From the human T2T-CHM13v2.0 reference genome, Homo sapiens, in assembly GCF_009914755.1 (NCBI RefSeq), contig NC_060925.1: a stretch of 64,000 nt of DNA; one strand, 5' to 3'. The notes beneath the pieces are model-generated. The model did no database searches, was not told the DNA's origin, and saw only the letters and a program-made list of their open reading frames with translations. The position numbers were made by a program, and so were the translations under genes. Every line of letters begins with the position of its first letter. Position 1 is the first letter of the stretch. Shown in pieces: positions 28,387-42,901 of the stretch.

Positions 28387-29547
28387 AAGAATGAGGTTTT
28401 GTCCAAAGAAGGGAGTCATCTCTAATTTCAGCAGTTCTAAAACAATGAAAACTTGCATCATTATTATGGTTTATATCACACAGCATTACAATTATTTGGT
28501 TACTTAACCTGATTTCCACCAGCCTGTTATCAACTCAAAGAGAAGAATTTTATTTTACGAGCCTTTGTACTGTGCTTGACAAAATATTTAGTTCATGCAT
28601 GGCCCACAATAAATATTTTTAAGAGAATATACAAAATTAAGCTCATAAAATCTGTGAATGACATAAAGCTAGGGAGATGGGCAGCTCATACATTGGATGA
28701 GTACAAAATCAATAATCCAAGTTATCTCTAAAATCAAGCTAAAATCTAATAAGTGGCATTTTCAAATCCTTTATTCAGACTTTTTAATAAAATATCCAAA
28801 TACAGATCTGAAAGGAAATTGACAAAACTGCAATTCATAAAAAATACTCTCAGGAATTATAGTTCACAACATCAAAATGAACCAGTGTGAAACAGCCTCT
28901 TTGGAAACTAATGCAGGTTTGTGACTGTGGCCTAAAGACCCGGGGGGCCTTGTAACCCCAGGAACCAGCCCACCATCACCATCAGAACTCATATACCAGG
29001 ACACAAGAAGTGTGAAGCTGTTCCTCCACTTTAAAAGGAAGATAATATTTTTAGTTCTACAGGAGGAAGAAGCTTGCTGTTGAAAAGATCTAGCTATGTC
29101 AAAGAAGCAAAGGTCAAAGAATATGCAGAGAAATTGCAAAAAAGCCCCAGAGGGAAGCAAAAAAATGACAGGGAGGCACAGCTGCAACACATTAAAAATA
29201 GGAACAGGGATTCTCTGGTCAGAAAATAACCACCTCCTGATGGAGTTAGAATCTTTCCAAAAAGCAACATTCTGGAATCGTCCAGGAGATTTCTGCAGTA
29301 CAGAATGGCCTAGTAAAAACTAAAAGAATTGCAGATGAATTACAAAAATATATCAGAGAGCTGGGCAAACAAGTGATTCCATGGAACAAGCAGAATGAGC
29401 CTCTGTTATGTCTCTGCAAGAGTCTGAACTGTATCTGAATTAAACCAATAAAAGAACCACCTTCTTGGAAGAGGAAAAAAAAAAAAAACTTGCCATGAAA
29501 GAAAATCTCCTGAAATCTGTTCAGAAGATGGAAGATTAAGCTAATGA

Positions 29548-29549
<2 letters not shown>

Positions 29550-29581
<32 letters not shown>
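29550..29581. repeat. (GT)n microsatellite
   Basis: About 15 GT units. Confidence 0.95.
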
Positions 29582-29583
<2 letters not shown>

Positions 29584-32421
29584 TGCATGTGTGTGGTAGA
29601 AATCCACAGAACAGTAACTGCAAGAGAATTCCAGAACCCCTAAGCTCAGCTCAGTGGAAGCTAAGCAATTGGACAAAGCCATCTAAACCCAAAGCAATGG
29701 CTCGATGGAGTTCACCAGGGAGGATCTTGCTCTGATCTAAATATACAGTGGAAATCTGATGTGATCTAGTGAGTCACTCAACCCCTATCTTCAATGCCTG
29801 TGACTGCAATAACTTCACTCAATCTTGGAACGAACTTACTGTGGTCAATAGGGCATCCTCTTAGACTCTCATGTCTGACTGATTAGTCTCCAAACTGAGC
29901 AAGTGTTCTGACGTTATGGAGGGGGAGCAGGGACGAGAGATAGCAGTAACCAATAGCCGGGTAGTACCCATGTGACTGAGCCACAAAAGGTTGGAAAATG
30001 CTTGAAATTTGGGGTGCTACCTTCAAAACTTTTCTTACCATCACTGCAGAGTGTAGTCAAGATGTTGTTTTAATAAAATCAGAAAGCCTTTGATGGGTCA
30101 TATAAAGGTTTATGCATGTCCTTTATATGACTTAAAACTTAATCAACTGGATTTGCAGACTGCCATTCATGTCTACCAGAACAAAAACCTCCAATGCTTT
30201 ATGGCACATTAAGGATTGACATTTTAAACTATTTCTAGAATTCGAGTGGCAATTTACCAGATTTTTTTCCCAAAATAATACCTTCTACCACGATGCCTAG
30301 CTAAAGACTGATTAATTTGCCTCTTACTGGGCTTTTGGAGATCTGCTTGTCTCCAACTTCTGAGGTTGAAGGTAAATTTCATCTTGACCAGTGTCAGTTT
30401 AGTAATTTTTATTCTTCAGGTGTTTTCTGACCATTAGACTGTCTGACTCTCCAGTGTGAGATTGACCTCATTTTTTGGTTCTAAGAGGGTCTTCCATCAG
30501 GGCAGACTGGCCTCGGTAACATAGCCCCTGATAATGGGGCTTTATTCAAAACCTTATTGAATTAATAGAGGCATCCTTCAAAGGAAATTCACATATGAAA
30601 ATTGTTGCTAGAAGCTTACTTATCAAAGAAGTAAAATAACACAGGATATCAAATAATCTACAGTGGTTTACTCATCACTGATTATTATGATCTGATGTCT
30701 CACATTTGTTAAAGAACACACTAATTTCAGGAACACTATTCTCTGCTTAATAATTTTCTTTTTGTTATTATTTTCTAGGAAAAAAGCAAATGTATCTTTG
30801 AGTCAAGAATACAACTTTTTATACTACTGAAATTCAGTAGAAGAAATAAGTGCCAGGCTTCCTAAACTAAATGTTTTCTTAATCTGCATAAAAAAGATAG
30901 GCTTTTATTTTTTTACAACAATAAAAGAAGCGAAAGAAAGTAATGTTCAATTTGTTTCCAGCTGAGTGATAACCTCATGATGGTGTTTAATCCTGCCATA
31001 TATGCTGATACTTCTTTATTGTCTCACATGGTGGTGAAAACTATTTTGGCTTCTGCTTGTTTTTATTGAACTAAGTAAATATGAAAAACCAAATCCATCA
31101 TTAAAACTTTTTAATTTTAATTTTTAGTAACATAGTTTATATAAGTGTATGTACTGCTAAAAATATTTTAACATTTGATCATTTAATTGAATCTTCTACA
31201 TTTCCATTATAAATGGTAACAGTCCATATTTCTATTCTCTCAAATCTGTTTTATACCATGGAATTGGTATGTGGAATGAAGTTTGTTTTGAAAGGTAGAG
31301 GGGAAAAACAAAAATTATTGGAAACTTAGGGGCTACAGTAGATTCATTTCAACAGTGGAACTAGTCCTACTCTGCCTTGCACAGGACACTCTAATCAGTG
31401 ATAATGGTGTTCCCCTGAGAACCAGGTACTATTTACTTAACTAACAAACAAAGGCACAGAAAATTTCTAAAGAGCATTGGCAAACTAGGGTAATTGAATG
31501 ATGATCAACATAATGAGCAATGATTAAAGATGCTGAGAACGTTATGTAGAAAAAGAAGAAAGAGAGATTATGCTTAATGAGATGATCTTCAAAATCCCCC
31601 TTTTTTCCCCAGGGCTGCTGCACCTCATCTACTAAAACCAAATCCTGGAAAAGATTTCTATGAGATGGTTTCTGTCATTCTTCCTAAACTGGGAGCTAAG
31701 TGATTAATATAGAGGAAAACTCACAGATAAACATATCTCTGCAAATGCAAATAAGTACTAAAGTGCTGGTAACCAACATCCCCACCCTGGTTCCTCTTAG
31801 CACTTCAGTCAAAGGCACACTTCGAACAGAAGAATCTGAACCACAAATTTAGCCAGTCTCTACTACCTTCAGAAAGGCTTCCAGAAGTCATTTTCCTCCC
31901 AGACCTCCTAGATTTCTAATTTCTCTATTCCTGCTAGGAGGGACACTACTACCCAATCTAGGAGTATCTTGGAAGATTCAAGTGGGAAACCATTCAGATC
32001 TGTCTCTTCCCCTCATCGCATCAACATTTTAATCTGTCTCTACACAACGCAGGATTCACAAGGGAAGTCTCAAATCCCATAGCGTTGCTTACAAGCAGCG
32101 TGACAACAAGGATGAAGCCAGAGAGGCACCTATGGTACAAAATTTTAAAAGGTACTTATTCTCAAGTTCATACTATGAGGCTTTTCATGTTCTGATCCTT
32201 CCCAGTCTCATCTCTTAGAATCCAGGCCTCACATACTATACCCCAAGTTTACTTAACAGCTTGGTGGTTCCTAAATGACTATCAGAAACACCCTCCTCCC
32301 TTTATCTAAATCCTACTCTTCCTACAGCTGGCAAATTTGGGAAGAATTTCTGGAACACACTGCCTACACACAAAATTGAATTAGGAATCCTTACCCTCAG
32401 TATAACATTTATCACACTATA

Positions 32422-32460
<39 letters not shown>

Positions 32461-32715
32461 TAAAGCAAATTTACTGAATCATAACTTACATTAAAATATG
32501 AGCCATGCATTTTAAGCATAGTTTATCTCTTCATTAATTTAGATATTTAATTTCTTTCAGCCATTTTATGTCATTTCCAATATATAGTTCTTATATATAT
32601 TTAATTAAATTTATTACTAGATGTTACACATTTTATGTCAATTTTACAACACATTCACATAGTACTTTTTAATTTAATTTAATATTTTGCTTTTTCTTAT
32701 ATGCTTATTTATCCT

Positions 32716-34511
32716 TTTTTAATTGACAAGAAATAATTGTACATATTCATGGAGTATATAGTGATATTTCAATACATATAATGTGTAGTGATTAGATCAA
32801 AATAATTACCATATTCATCATCTCAAATATTTATCATTTCTTTGTGTTGGGAATGTTCACTATCCTCCTAGCTATTTAGAAAGTATATGTTATTGTTAAC
32901 TATAGACATCCTACAGTGGTATAGAACATCAGAATTTATTCCTCCTACCTAGCTGTAATTTTGTATCTTTCAACAAATCTCTTTTTATCCCTCTCTTCCC
33001 CCACCCTTCCAAGCCTCTGGTATCTTCTGTTCTACTTTTTACTTCTATGAGATCAACCTTTTTTAGCTTCCACGTATGAGTGAGAACATGCAGTGTTTAA
33101 CTTTATGTTGCTGGATTCTTTTACTTAACATATGTCCTCCAGTTTCATCCACACTGCCATAAATGAAAAGATTTTATTCTTTTTTTATGGCTGGATAGTA
33201 TTCCATGTGTACATATACAAAATTTCCTTTACCCATTCATCTGTTTTTGGACACCCAGGTTAATTCCATATCTTGGCTATAGTGAAAAGTGCTGTAATAA
33301 ACATGGGGGTACAGATGTCTCTTCCATGTAATGATTTCCTTTCCTTTGGATAAATTTCCAATGGTAGGATTTCTAGATCACACGGTAAGTTACATTTGCA
33401 GTTTTTTTGAGGAACTTCCATGCTGTTCTTTGTAGTGGCAATACTGGTTTACATTCCCACCAACAGTGTGTAAGAGTTCCCTTTTCTCCACATCCTCCTC
33501 AGTATTTTTTATTTTTGTATCTTGATAGTAGCCATCCTAACTGGGGTAAGACAATAGCTCATTATAGTTTTGATTTGCATTTTGCTGATGATTAGTAATG
33601 CTAAAAATTTTTTCTTGTATTTATTGTTCATTTGTATGTCTTCTTTTGAGAAATGTCTGTTCAGATTATTTGGCCATTTTTAAATTAATTTGTTTACTTT
33701 TTGCTATTGAGATGTGTCAGTTCCTTGTATATTCTGGATATTAGTCCCTTGTTGGATGAGTAGTTTGTAAATATTTTATCCCATTCTGCAGGTTGTCTGG
33801 AAATGTTTATTGTTTTCTTTGCTGCATAGACCATTTCAGTTAGACATAACCATTTTTCTTTATTTTGGCTTTTGTTGCCTGAGCTTTTGAGGTCTTATTT
33901 ATAAAATCTTTTCCCAGACCAATGTTCTGAACTATTTCCCTTTTTTATTTTAGTATTTCTACTGTTTCAAGTATTACATTTAGGTCTTTGATGCATTTTG
34001 AGTTGATTTCTGTATAGGGTGAGAGATGGGGGTCTAGTTTCATTTTCCTGCATATGGATATCCAGTTTTCCCAGCACCATTTATTGAAGAGATTGTTCTT
34101 CCCCAGTGAAAGTTCTTATAACTTTCATAAAAAAAATCAGTTGACTGTAAATATGTGGATTCATTTCTGGGTTCTCTATTTTGTTCCACTGGTCTATGTA
34201 TCTGTTGTTATGCCAGTACCATGCTGTTTGGTTATTATAGCTTTGTAGTATATTTTGAGGTCAGGTAGTATGATACCTGCAGCTCTGTTCTTTCTGCTCA
34301 GGATTGTTTTGGTTATTTGGGGTATTTTGTTGTTCAATATAAATTTGGGGATTATTTTCTGTTTCTATAAAGAATGTTATTGGTATTTTGATAAGGATTG
34401 CATTGAATCTGTAGATTGTTTCAGGTAGTATTGTTATTTTAACAATATTAATTCTTTCAATTCATGAGCATGGGATATCTTTCCATTTGTTAGTTCCCTC
34501 TTCAATGTCTC

Positions 34512-34542
<31 letters not shown>

Positions 34543-34697
34543 AGACAGAGTCTCCCTCTGTCACCCAGGCTGGAGTGCAGTGGCGTGATCTCAGCAAACT
34601 GCAATCTCCGCCTCCCAAGTTGAAATGATTCTCCTGCCTTAGCCTCCCGAGTAGCTGGAATTACAGTAGCTGGAATTACCACCATCACGCCTGGCTA

Positions 34698-34753
<56 letters not shown>

Positions 34754-35730
34754 TTTTTTTTTTTTTGTAATTTTAGTAGAGACAGGGTTTTACCAGGTTG
34801 GCCAGGCTGGTGAACTGCTGACCTCAAGTGATCCACCTGCCTCAGCCTCCCAAAGTGCTGGGATTACAGGTGTGAGCCACTGCTCCCAGCCTCTTCAGTT
34901 TCTTTCATCAGTGTTCTGTAGTTTTCCTTGTAAAGGTCTTTCACCTCCTCGATTAAATTTATTCCTAGGTACTATACTTTTATAGCTGCTATGACTGTGA
35001 TTGCCTTCTTGATTCTTTTTCAGCTAGTTTGTTGTTACTGTATTAAAAACACTACTGATTTTGTATATTAATTTCATGTACTGCAACTTTACTGAATTCA
35101 TGTATCAGTTCTAACAGTTTTTTGGTAGGGTCTTCAGGTTTTTCTATACATACTATCATGTTGTCTTCAGGGAAAATATAATTTCCTCCTTTCCAATTTG
35201 GATGTGTTTTATTTTTTCTCTTGCCTAATTTCTCTAGCTAGGACTTCCAATACTATGTTGAAAAGGATTGGTGAGAGTGGGGATCCTTGTTTTATTTTTT
35301 CTTCCAGTTGGAGGAAAACCTGAAAACTTTCCATTCAGTAGGATGTTAGCTGAACAGAATGTGTCATATATGGTCTTTATTATGTTAAGTTATTTTCCTT
35401 CTATGCCTAATTCATTTAGAATTTTTATCATGAAGAGATGTTGAATTTTATCAAAAGCTTTTTCTTCACATATTGAGAAAATTATATGATTTTTGTCCCT
35501 CATTCTATTGATGTAATGTATGATGTTAATGGATCTATGGGTCTAATTGATCTATATACATCCCAATTGATCATAGTGTATTATTTTTTGATGTGTTGTT
35601 GGATTCAGTTTGCTAGTATTTTGTTGAGAATTTTTGTGTTTATATTCATCACTGATATTAGCCTGTAGTTTCTTTTTTTAAATTGTGTCCTTGTCTGGCT
35701 TTGGTATCAGGGTTATGCTAGCTTTGTAGA
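32716..35730 (-). mobile_element. L1MA4/5-like element (3' UTR plus ORF2 part)
   Basis: tttttaattgacaagaaataattgtacatattcatgg 3' end, followed by antisense ORF2 (catatggatatccagttttcccagcaccatttattgaag). Confidence 0.88.
34507..34891 (-). mobile_element. AluS SINE within L1MA
   Basis: Reverse Alu with a tandem gtagctggaattac duplication and a (TA)n-expanded linker. Flanks ctcttcaatgtct / ctcttcagtttct. Confidence 0.92.
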
Positions 35731-37425
35731 TGGCAATTTTATTTTTTAAATTATTTATTGCTAATATAGAGAAATATAATAGCTTTTTCTATATTGATTT
35801 AGTATCTTGTGATCTTGTTAAATTCACTTTTTAGTCCTACTTGCTTTTTTATAGATTCTTAGGATCTTCTATATGCATAATCATGTCATTGACAAACAAA
35901 GACACATTTACCTATTTATTTCCAAAGCATATGTCTTTTATTTCTCTTACTTTTCTTATTACACTGGCTTGAACTTCCACTAAAATGTGGAAGAGGAACA
36001 TGAGAGAAATTGTAATCTTTTTTCCCAACCTTAGAGCTATTAAATACGATGTCAGATGAAGGTTTTGGATATACTCTTTTTCAGTTTGCGTAAGTTTTTA
36101 TTTATTCCCGTTCTCTTAATAGCTTTTTAAATTATTTAATATTGAGTTTTGTTAAATTAGTTTTCTTCACATATTGAAATTATTATATAGTTTAACTCCT
36201 TTGTTGTATTAATGTGACAAAATACATTGATTGATACTCAAGTTATAAACCAACTTTGCATTCCAGAGATAAATTTTATTTACTCATGGTGTGTTATATT
36301 TTGTGTTTATTGCTGGATTTAATTATGATAATATTTTGTTAAGGATTTTGCATTTGTATTCATAAAGTATATTCATGTGTAATTTTACATGCATTCTGTA
36401 ATGCCAGTACCATAAATCAGTTTGGAATTATTTCTCCTTTCAGTATTTGTGAATTTTCAAACAATAGCTAGTATTTCTTTTCTTAAATGATTGTCTAGAG
36501 TTCACAAGCAAAGCTATTCTGGATTGTATTTTTCTTCATGGGAAAGTTTTTAATTGTATATTTAATTTCTTTCATATATATATGGCTATAAAAATTTTCC
36601 TTCTTATTAATTCAATTTTTGTAATTTGTACCATTTAAGAAATGTATCTATGCTATCTAAAGTAATCAATTTCTTGGCATTTATCGATATCATATTATAA
36701 CATTCCCCCTTTTAATGCCTGTAGAGTCTGCAGCAATACTTCTGTCATTTTTGAAATTGGTAACTTGTGTCTTTTTTTTTTCTGTTCAATGTAGCTTGAT
36801 TGCCATTTTTTGATAATTTGAAGGAAAAAAAATTTATTTAAGTTTTTCTACTACATTTCGATCTCTCTTTTTATTGCTTTCTGCCTTATTAATACCTTGT
36901 ACTTACTACCATCTAATTATTTTATTGTACTTATTTATCTTTATTGTTTTTATTATTACTTTCTACTTTCCTTGAGTATAATTTTTTGGTAGCATTTAAG
37001 AAAGAAGCTTAGACTTAATTTTAGACACTTTTTTTCTAAAATATGCATGTAAGAGAATAAATTTCTCTTCATGTACACCTAAATTTTGATATGTTATGTT
37101 TTTCATTGTCACTCAATTAGAAACATTTTCTAAATCTTCATGTAATTTCTACTTGACCTGTGGGCACTTTGACCTATCTAGTCTAGTTGGTTGATGTTTG
37201 TTGATATGTGTTTTTCTTCTACCAGTTACTGAGAGAAGATTCTAGAAATTTATAACTATAATTGTAAATTTGTCTATATCTCTTTCAGTTTCGCTAGTTT
37301 TACTCTCATGTATATTAGACTACTTGATATTTGTCCCACATATCAATGAGACCCTTTATGACACTTTGGTTTCTTTTTCTATGTGTTTCAATTCAAGTAA
37401 TTTCTATTAATATATCTTTAAGATT

Positions 37426-37817
37426 TGTGTTAGTCTGTTCTCACTCTGCTACAAAGAAATACCTGAAACTAACTAATTTATTTTAAAAAAAGGTTTTTAA
37501 TTTGCTCACAGTTCTGCCAGCTATACAGGAAGCATGGCTGGGAAGGCCTCAGGAAACTGTCAATCATAACAGAAGGGAAATCAGGCCTGTCTTACATGGG
37601 CAAAGCAGGAGAAAAGAGAGAGAAGGGGAGAAGGGGAGGTGCTATACACTCTTAAACAACCAGATCTTGTAAGAACTCACTCACTATAATGAGAAAAGCA
37701 AGGGGGAAATTCACCCCCGCCCATGATGCAATCACCTCCCATCAGGTCCCTCCTCCAACACTGAGGATTACAATTTGACATGAGATTTGGGTGGAGACAC
37801 AAATCCAAACCATATCA
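37426..37817 (-). mobile_element. Solo MaLR LTR, MSTA/THE1D-like
   Basis: tgtgttagtc...ccaaaccatatca with a perfect TSD AGATT (37421-37425 / 37818-37822). Confidence 0.9.
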
Positions 37818-38184
37818 AGATTATTAATTATTTCCTCCACAGTTTCTAATCTACTATTAACCAACCATTAAAATTTCCACTTCTTTTATTGCATTTACAA
37901 CTCTTAATCATTTCATTATGCTTCAGAGTTTCAGTTTATAGCTTAATTATGTTTATGTTTTCCTTTAAATCTTTACATACATTTTTAATCACTATCTTAA
38001 AGTCATTGTCTGATAATTCTATCATTTGCCATTTTTGGATCTGTTTCCATTGACAGATTTTTCTCCTTGTAATGGGACACATTTTTCTGCTTTTTCTCTT
38101 GTTTTTAAATCAAATTCTGGATAATGTAAATTTTGTGTTTTTAAATTGTTGAAATTTTTTTAAAATATAAAGAATGTTGGACTT

Positions 38185-38477
38185 CCAATGTTGGGTGCAT
38201 TTATATTTATAATTATTATGTTCTTTAAATGAACATCATATCACCTAAACATGTAAAGCAAATATTAAAAGAATTAACAGGAGAACTAGACAGTAATACA
38301 ATAACAGTAAATGACTTTAATACTCCAATTTCAACACCAGAGATATCATTAATAGAAAATCAATAGTGGACTTGAATAACAGTATAGGCCAAATAGATCT
38401 CACTGATATATATATGCACATACATATATATATATACACACACATATATACATAAATATGTATACACATATATACAT

Positions 38478-38514
<37 letters not shown>

Positions 38515-38758
38515 ACATCCCATCCAATAACAGTGAAATACGCATTCTTTTAAAGCATACAAAAAACATTCTTCAGGATAGATCATATGTTAGGCCACAA
38601 AACAAGTCTTCACCAATGTAACAGTCATCTCAAATATCTTTACTAATCATATTGGTAAAATCTAGAAATCAGTAACAGGAGAAATTTTGGAAAATAGACT
38701 AATATGTGAAAATTAAAAACAACACACTTCTGAACAACCATTGCATCAAAGAAAAAAA

Positions 38759-38798
<40 letters not shown>

Positions 38799-41700
38799 GC
38801 TGTTGTTGTTGTTGAGACAGAGTGTCCCTCTGTCGCCCAGGCTGGAGTGCAGTGGCTCTATCTCTGCTCACTGCAACTTCCACCTCCTGGGTTCAAGCAA
38901 TTCTGCTCTCTCAGCCTCCTGGGCGTGCGCCACCTCGCCCAGCTAATTTATTTTTTTGTATTTTTAGTAGAGACGGGATTTCAGCATGTTGGTCAGGCTG
39001 GTCTCAAACTCTTGACCTCGAGATCCACCCATCTCGGCCTCCTGAAGTGCTGCAATTACAGGCGTGAGCCACCGCTCCCAGCCAAAAAAAAAAAAAAAAT
39101 CTAAAAAGAAGTTAAAAAGAAGTATCTTGAGAAAAACAAAAGTGGAAATTACAACATACCGAAACTTAGGGAATGCAACTAAAGGAGTACTAACATGGAA
39201 GTTTCTAGCAATAAAAGCCTATATTAAGAAAAAAATACTTCAAATAACTCAACTTCACACTTCAAGGAACTAGAAAAAGAAAAGTAAATATTCCAAGGGC
39301 AGAAGAAAAGAGGAAATAATAAAAATAAGAGTAAACATAGATAAAATAATAGACTAGAAAAACAACAGAAAAGGTCAATGAACCTAAAAATTTGGTTGAA
39401 AATATAAATACAATTGGCAAACATTCAGTTATGCTAGCCAAAAAAAAAAGAGGGAACTCCAATAAAATTATAAATGAAAGGTAAACCATTACAATTAATA
39501 TCACAGAAATGCAAAGGATCAAAAGAGATTATTATGGACAATTATAATAATTATACACCAACAAATTGGATAACCTAGAGAAAAATAATAAATTCCTGGA
39601 GATACACAGTCTACCAAGATTGAATCATAAAGAAAATAAAAATCTGAACAGACCAATAACAAATAGAGTTATTGAATCAGTAATCAAAAGCCTCCCAACA
39701 ACAACAACAAAGCTCAGGACTAGATGACTTCATTGGTGAATTCTACTAAGCATTTAAAGAAGAATTAGTGCCAATCCTTCAAACCTTTCCAAAAAGTTGA
39801 AGAGAACAGAACACTGCCAAACTAATTTTAGGAGTCCAGAATTACCCTCATACCGAATCCAGATAAGGACACCAAGAAAAGAAAGAATAATTCAGTATGT
39901 GCAAATTAATAAATGTGATACACCACATTAACAAAATGAATAATAAAACTTATTATGTTAATAGATGCAGAAAAAGCATTTGACAAAATTCAACATCTTT
40001 TCATAATAAAACCTCACAACAAATTAAATATAGAAGAAATATACCTCAACACAGTAAAGGCCATATTTAACAAACCTATAGCGAACTTATACTCAATGTT
40101 GAAAAGTTAAAAACTTTTACTTATAACATCAGAACGTAGAAAAGGATTCTCACTTTTGCCGCTTGTATTTAAAGTAGTACTAGAAGTCTTGGCCAGAGCA
40201 ATTAGACAATAAAAATAAATAAAAGGTATTCAAATTGGAAGGGAACAAGTAAAATTGTCTGTACAGATGACATAATCTTATATATAGAAAACCCTAAAGA
40301 CTTCACCAAAAAAATTTTAGAACAAATAAAGTAGTTTGGTAAATTTTTAGGATACAAAATCAACACACAAAAATTACCTGGGTTTCTATACATGAAAAAA
40401 TATGTATTCAAAAAAGAAATTAAGAAAACAATTCAATTTACAGTAACATCAAAAAAAATACTTAGAAATAAATTTAAACGAAGAGGTGAAAGATCTGTAC
40501 ACTGAAAAGACATTGAGGAAAGAAATTAAAGACACAAATAAATGAAAATATATCTTCTTTTCATGGATTGGAAGAATAATTTTGTAAAAATGTATATATT
40601 ACCCAAAGTGATCTACAGATTCAATGCAATCTCTATAAAAATTCCAATGACATTTTTCATAGAAATAGAAAAAAAATTAAAATTTATATGGAACCACGAA
40701 AGACCCTGAATAGCCAAAGCAAACATGAGCAAGAACAAAGCTGAAGGCATCACACTCCCTGATTTCAACTATATTACAAAGCTGTAGTAATCAAAACAAC
40801 ATGGTACTGACATAAAAACAGATACATAGACCAATGGAGTAGAGCAAAGAATCCAGACATATACCCATACATACATGTTCAACTAATCTTTGACATGAGT
40901 GCCAAGATTACTATGGGAAGATAGTCTCTTTAATAAATGTTGTTGGGAAAACTGGGTATTAACATGAAAAAGAATGAAATTGGAGCCTTGTCTTACACCA
41001 TATACAAAAATTAGCTCCAAATGGATTAAAGACTTAAATGTAAGATTCAAAATATAAAACTTCTTGAAGAAAACAGAAATAGAAAACTCCTTGAATTTTT
41101 AATGCATTGATTTTTTTATATATGACAACAAAAGCAAAAATAAACAAATGGAAATATATCAAACTAAAATGCGCCTGTATAGCAAAGAATAAAATTCAAA
41201 AAAATGAAAAGACAACCTATGAAATGAACTAAAATATTTCAAAATTGTATATTTGATAAGGGTTAAATGAGGAATTGACACAATTGCCAAAAACAAACAA
41301 ACAAACAAACAAAAAACCTATTCTTAAAAATAGGCAAAGAACCTGAACAAACTTTTTTTTCAAAGAAGACATAAAAATGTTGAGCATGTACATGAAAAGG
41401 TGCTCAGTATCAACTGACCATCAGGAAAATGCAAATCAAAACCCCAACGAGATATCACCTCGCATCTGTTAGGAAAGTTATTATCAAAAACATAAGAGAT
41501 AACAAGTGTTAATGAAAATGTAGAGTAAAGGTAAATCTTGTACACTGTTGGTGGAAATGTAAACTAGTAGAAGAATTATAGAAGACAGTATGAAGTTTCT
41601 GCAAAACTTTAAAACTACTGTATGATCTAGCAATTCTACTTCTAGGTATATATCCAAAGGAAATGAAATCAGTAACTTGAAAAGATAAATGCACATTCAA

Positions 41701-42145
41701 ATTTATTGTAGTATTATTCACAATAGCCAAGATATTGAAACAATCTAAGTTTCCATTAATGGGTGAATAGATAAAGAAAATACAGTATGTATTTATGTAT
41801 GTATAAATAAATAAATACACACATATACAAACAATGGAATATCATCCAGCCATAAAAAAGAAGGAAATCCTGACATTTGTGACCTGGAGGATATTATGCT
41901 AAATGAAATAAGCCAGACACAGAAAGAGAAATACTGCACAGTCTCACTTATATGTGGAATTAAACAAACTCAGAATCATAGAAGCAGAGAGTAGAATGGT
42001 GATTGCCAAAGGCTGGTGGGGTTGGTGGGGGAGTTGGGAGAAATGGGGAGATATTGGTCAAAGTGTTAATATATTGTAAGATAAATACATTCTGAAGATA
42101 TAAGACACAGAATGAGTGACAATGAAGGTGTTCATTAATTTCTTT
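38185..42145 (+). mobile_element. L1MA9/10-like element with short inverted 5' segment
   Basis: Sense ORF2 from ~38240 to a 3' UTR at ~42140, with an antisense ORF2 piece at 38185-~38230. TSD taaagaatgttggactt / taaataatgttgggctt. Confidence 0.85.
38759..39083 (-). mobile_element. AluS SINE with (GTT)n tail, inside L1
   Basis: (GTT)n followed by a reverse Alu with an internal deletion after cagcctcct. Confidence 0.92.
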
Positions 42146-42901
42146 TAAATAATGTTGGGCTTTGTTCTAACAGACACTTACATAACTTGCAGGTTGGCTT
42201 AATTATTTACAGACCCCTTCATAAGCTTTTTAAAGGTGGGACTAGACTAGATTTTCCTCTAAGCCTGCTTTAGCCCTACTGCCATTCTGGGGTATCTACT
42301 AAGTGCTCTGTGGTTCACCCTCCACTTTGCATGATTGGGACTCAAATGTCTCACAGAAATACATAAGCTCTGCAAATTGCTCAGCTTACAACTCCAAGTT
42401 TTTCTTTGTTCTACATCATTGAGTTTTACTCTATGCATATGCAGGTTAGTAGTCAGCTAAAAACTCAAAGGTCTATGCACATATTTCTATGACTATTTTT
42501 CTATGTAGTTTCCAGATTTCGACCACCTCAGATTCCTCAAACTCTAATCTCTGTCTCTTCAAGTCAGAGAGTCTACTATACTTTGCTTAGATTTCCCTTT
42601 CTCTGCCACAGCACAGAAAATGCCTACAAAAAGAAAGCTGGGACAAACATAGGACTCACCTCATTTGTTTCCCTTCTCCAAAGGATCACATTGCTCAGAT
42701 GCCAGCTGTCCAATGCCTGAAAAGAGCTGTTTAATATATCTGGTCCATTTTTCCAGTTATTTATGGCAGGAAGGCAAGTCTGGTACCAGTTGGCTAGAAG
42801 TGGGAGTCTATCACACTGTATTTTAATTGCTCATTTTTGTGTAGTAGGAATCGCAGTTTGAGCACAGGCTACATTCAGGGCTGAACTTCAGGCATGTTTG
42901 A

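Larger units (their letters stand above)
32422..42808 (-). mobile_element. Old L1M (ME/MC-like) host element carrying nested insertions; host pieces ~32470-32715, 35730-37425, 37823-38167, 42163-42808
   Basis: T-rich antisense L1 ORF2-like sequence resumes after each nested element. Putative TSD tatcacactata (32410-32421) / tatcacactgta (42809-42820). Confidence 0.55.

Noticed and set aside
29840-29907. Exon-like segment with a pyrimidine tract and a gtaagt donor on the minus strand
   Set aside because: All three frames contain stops. It could be non-coding, but nothing else supports it.
42011-42050. G-rich, G-quadruplex-like tracts here and at 26947-26968
   Set aside because: Standard L1 3' UTR G-rich segments.
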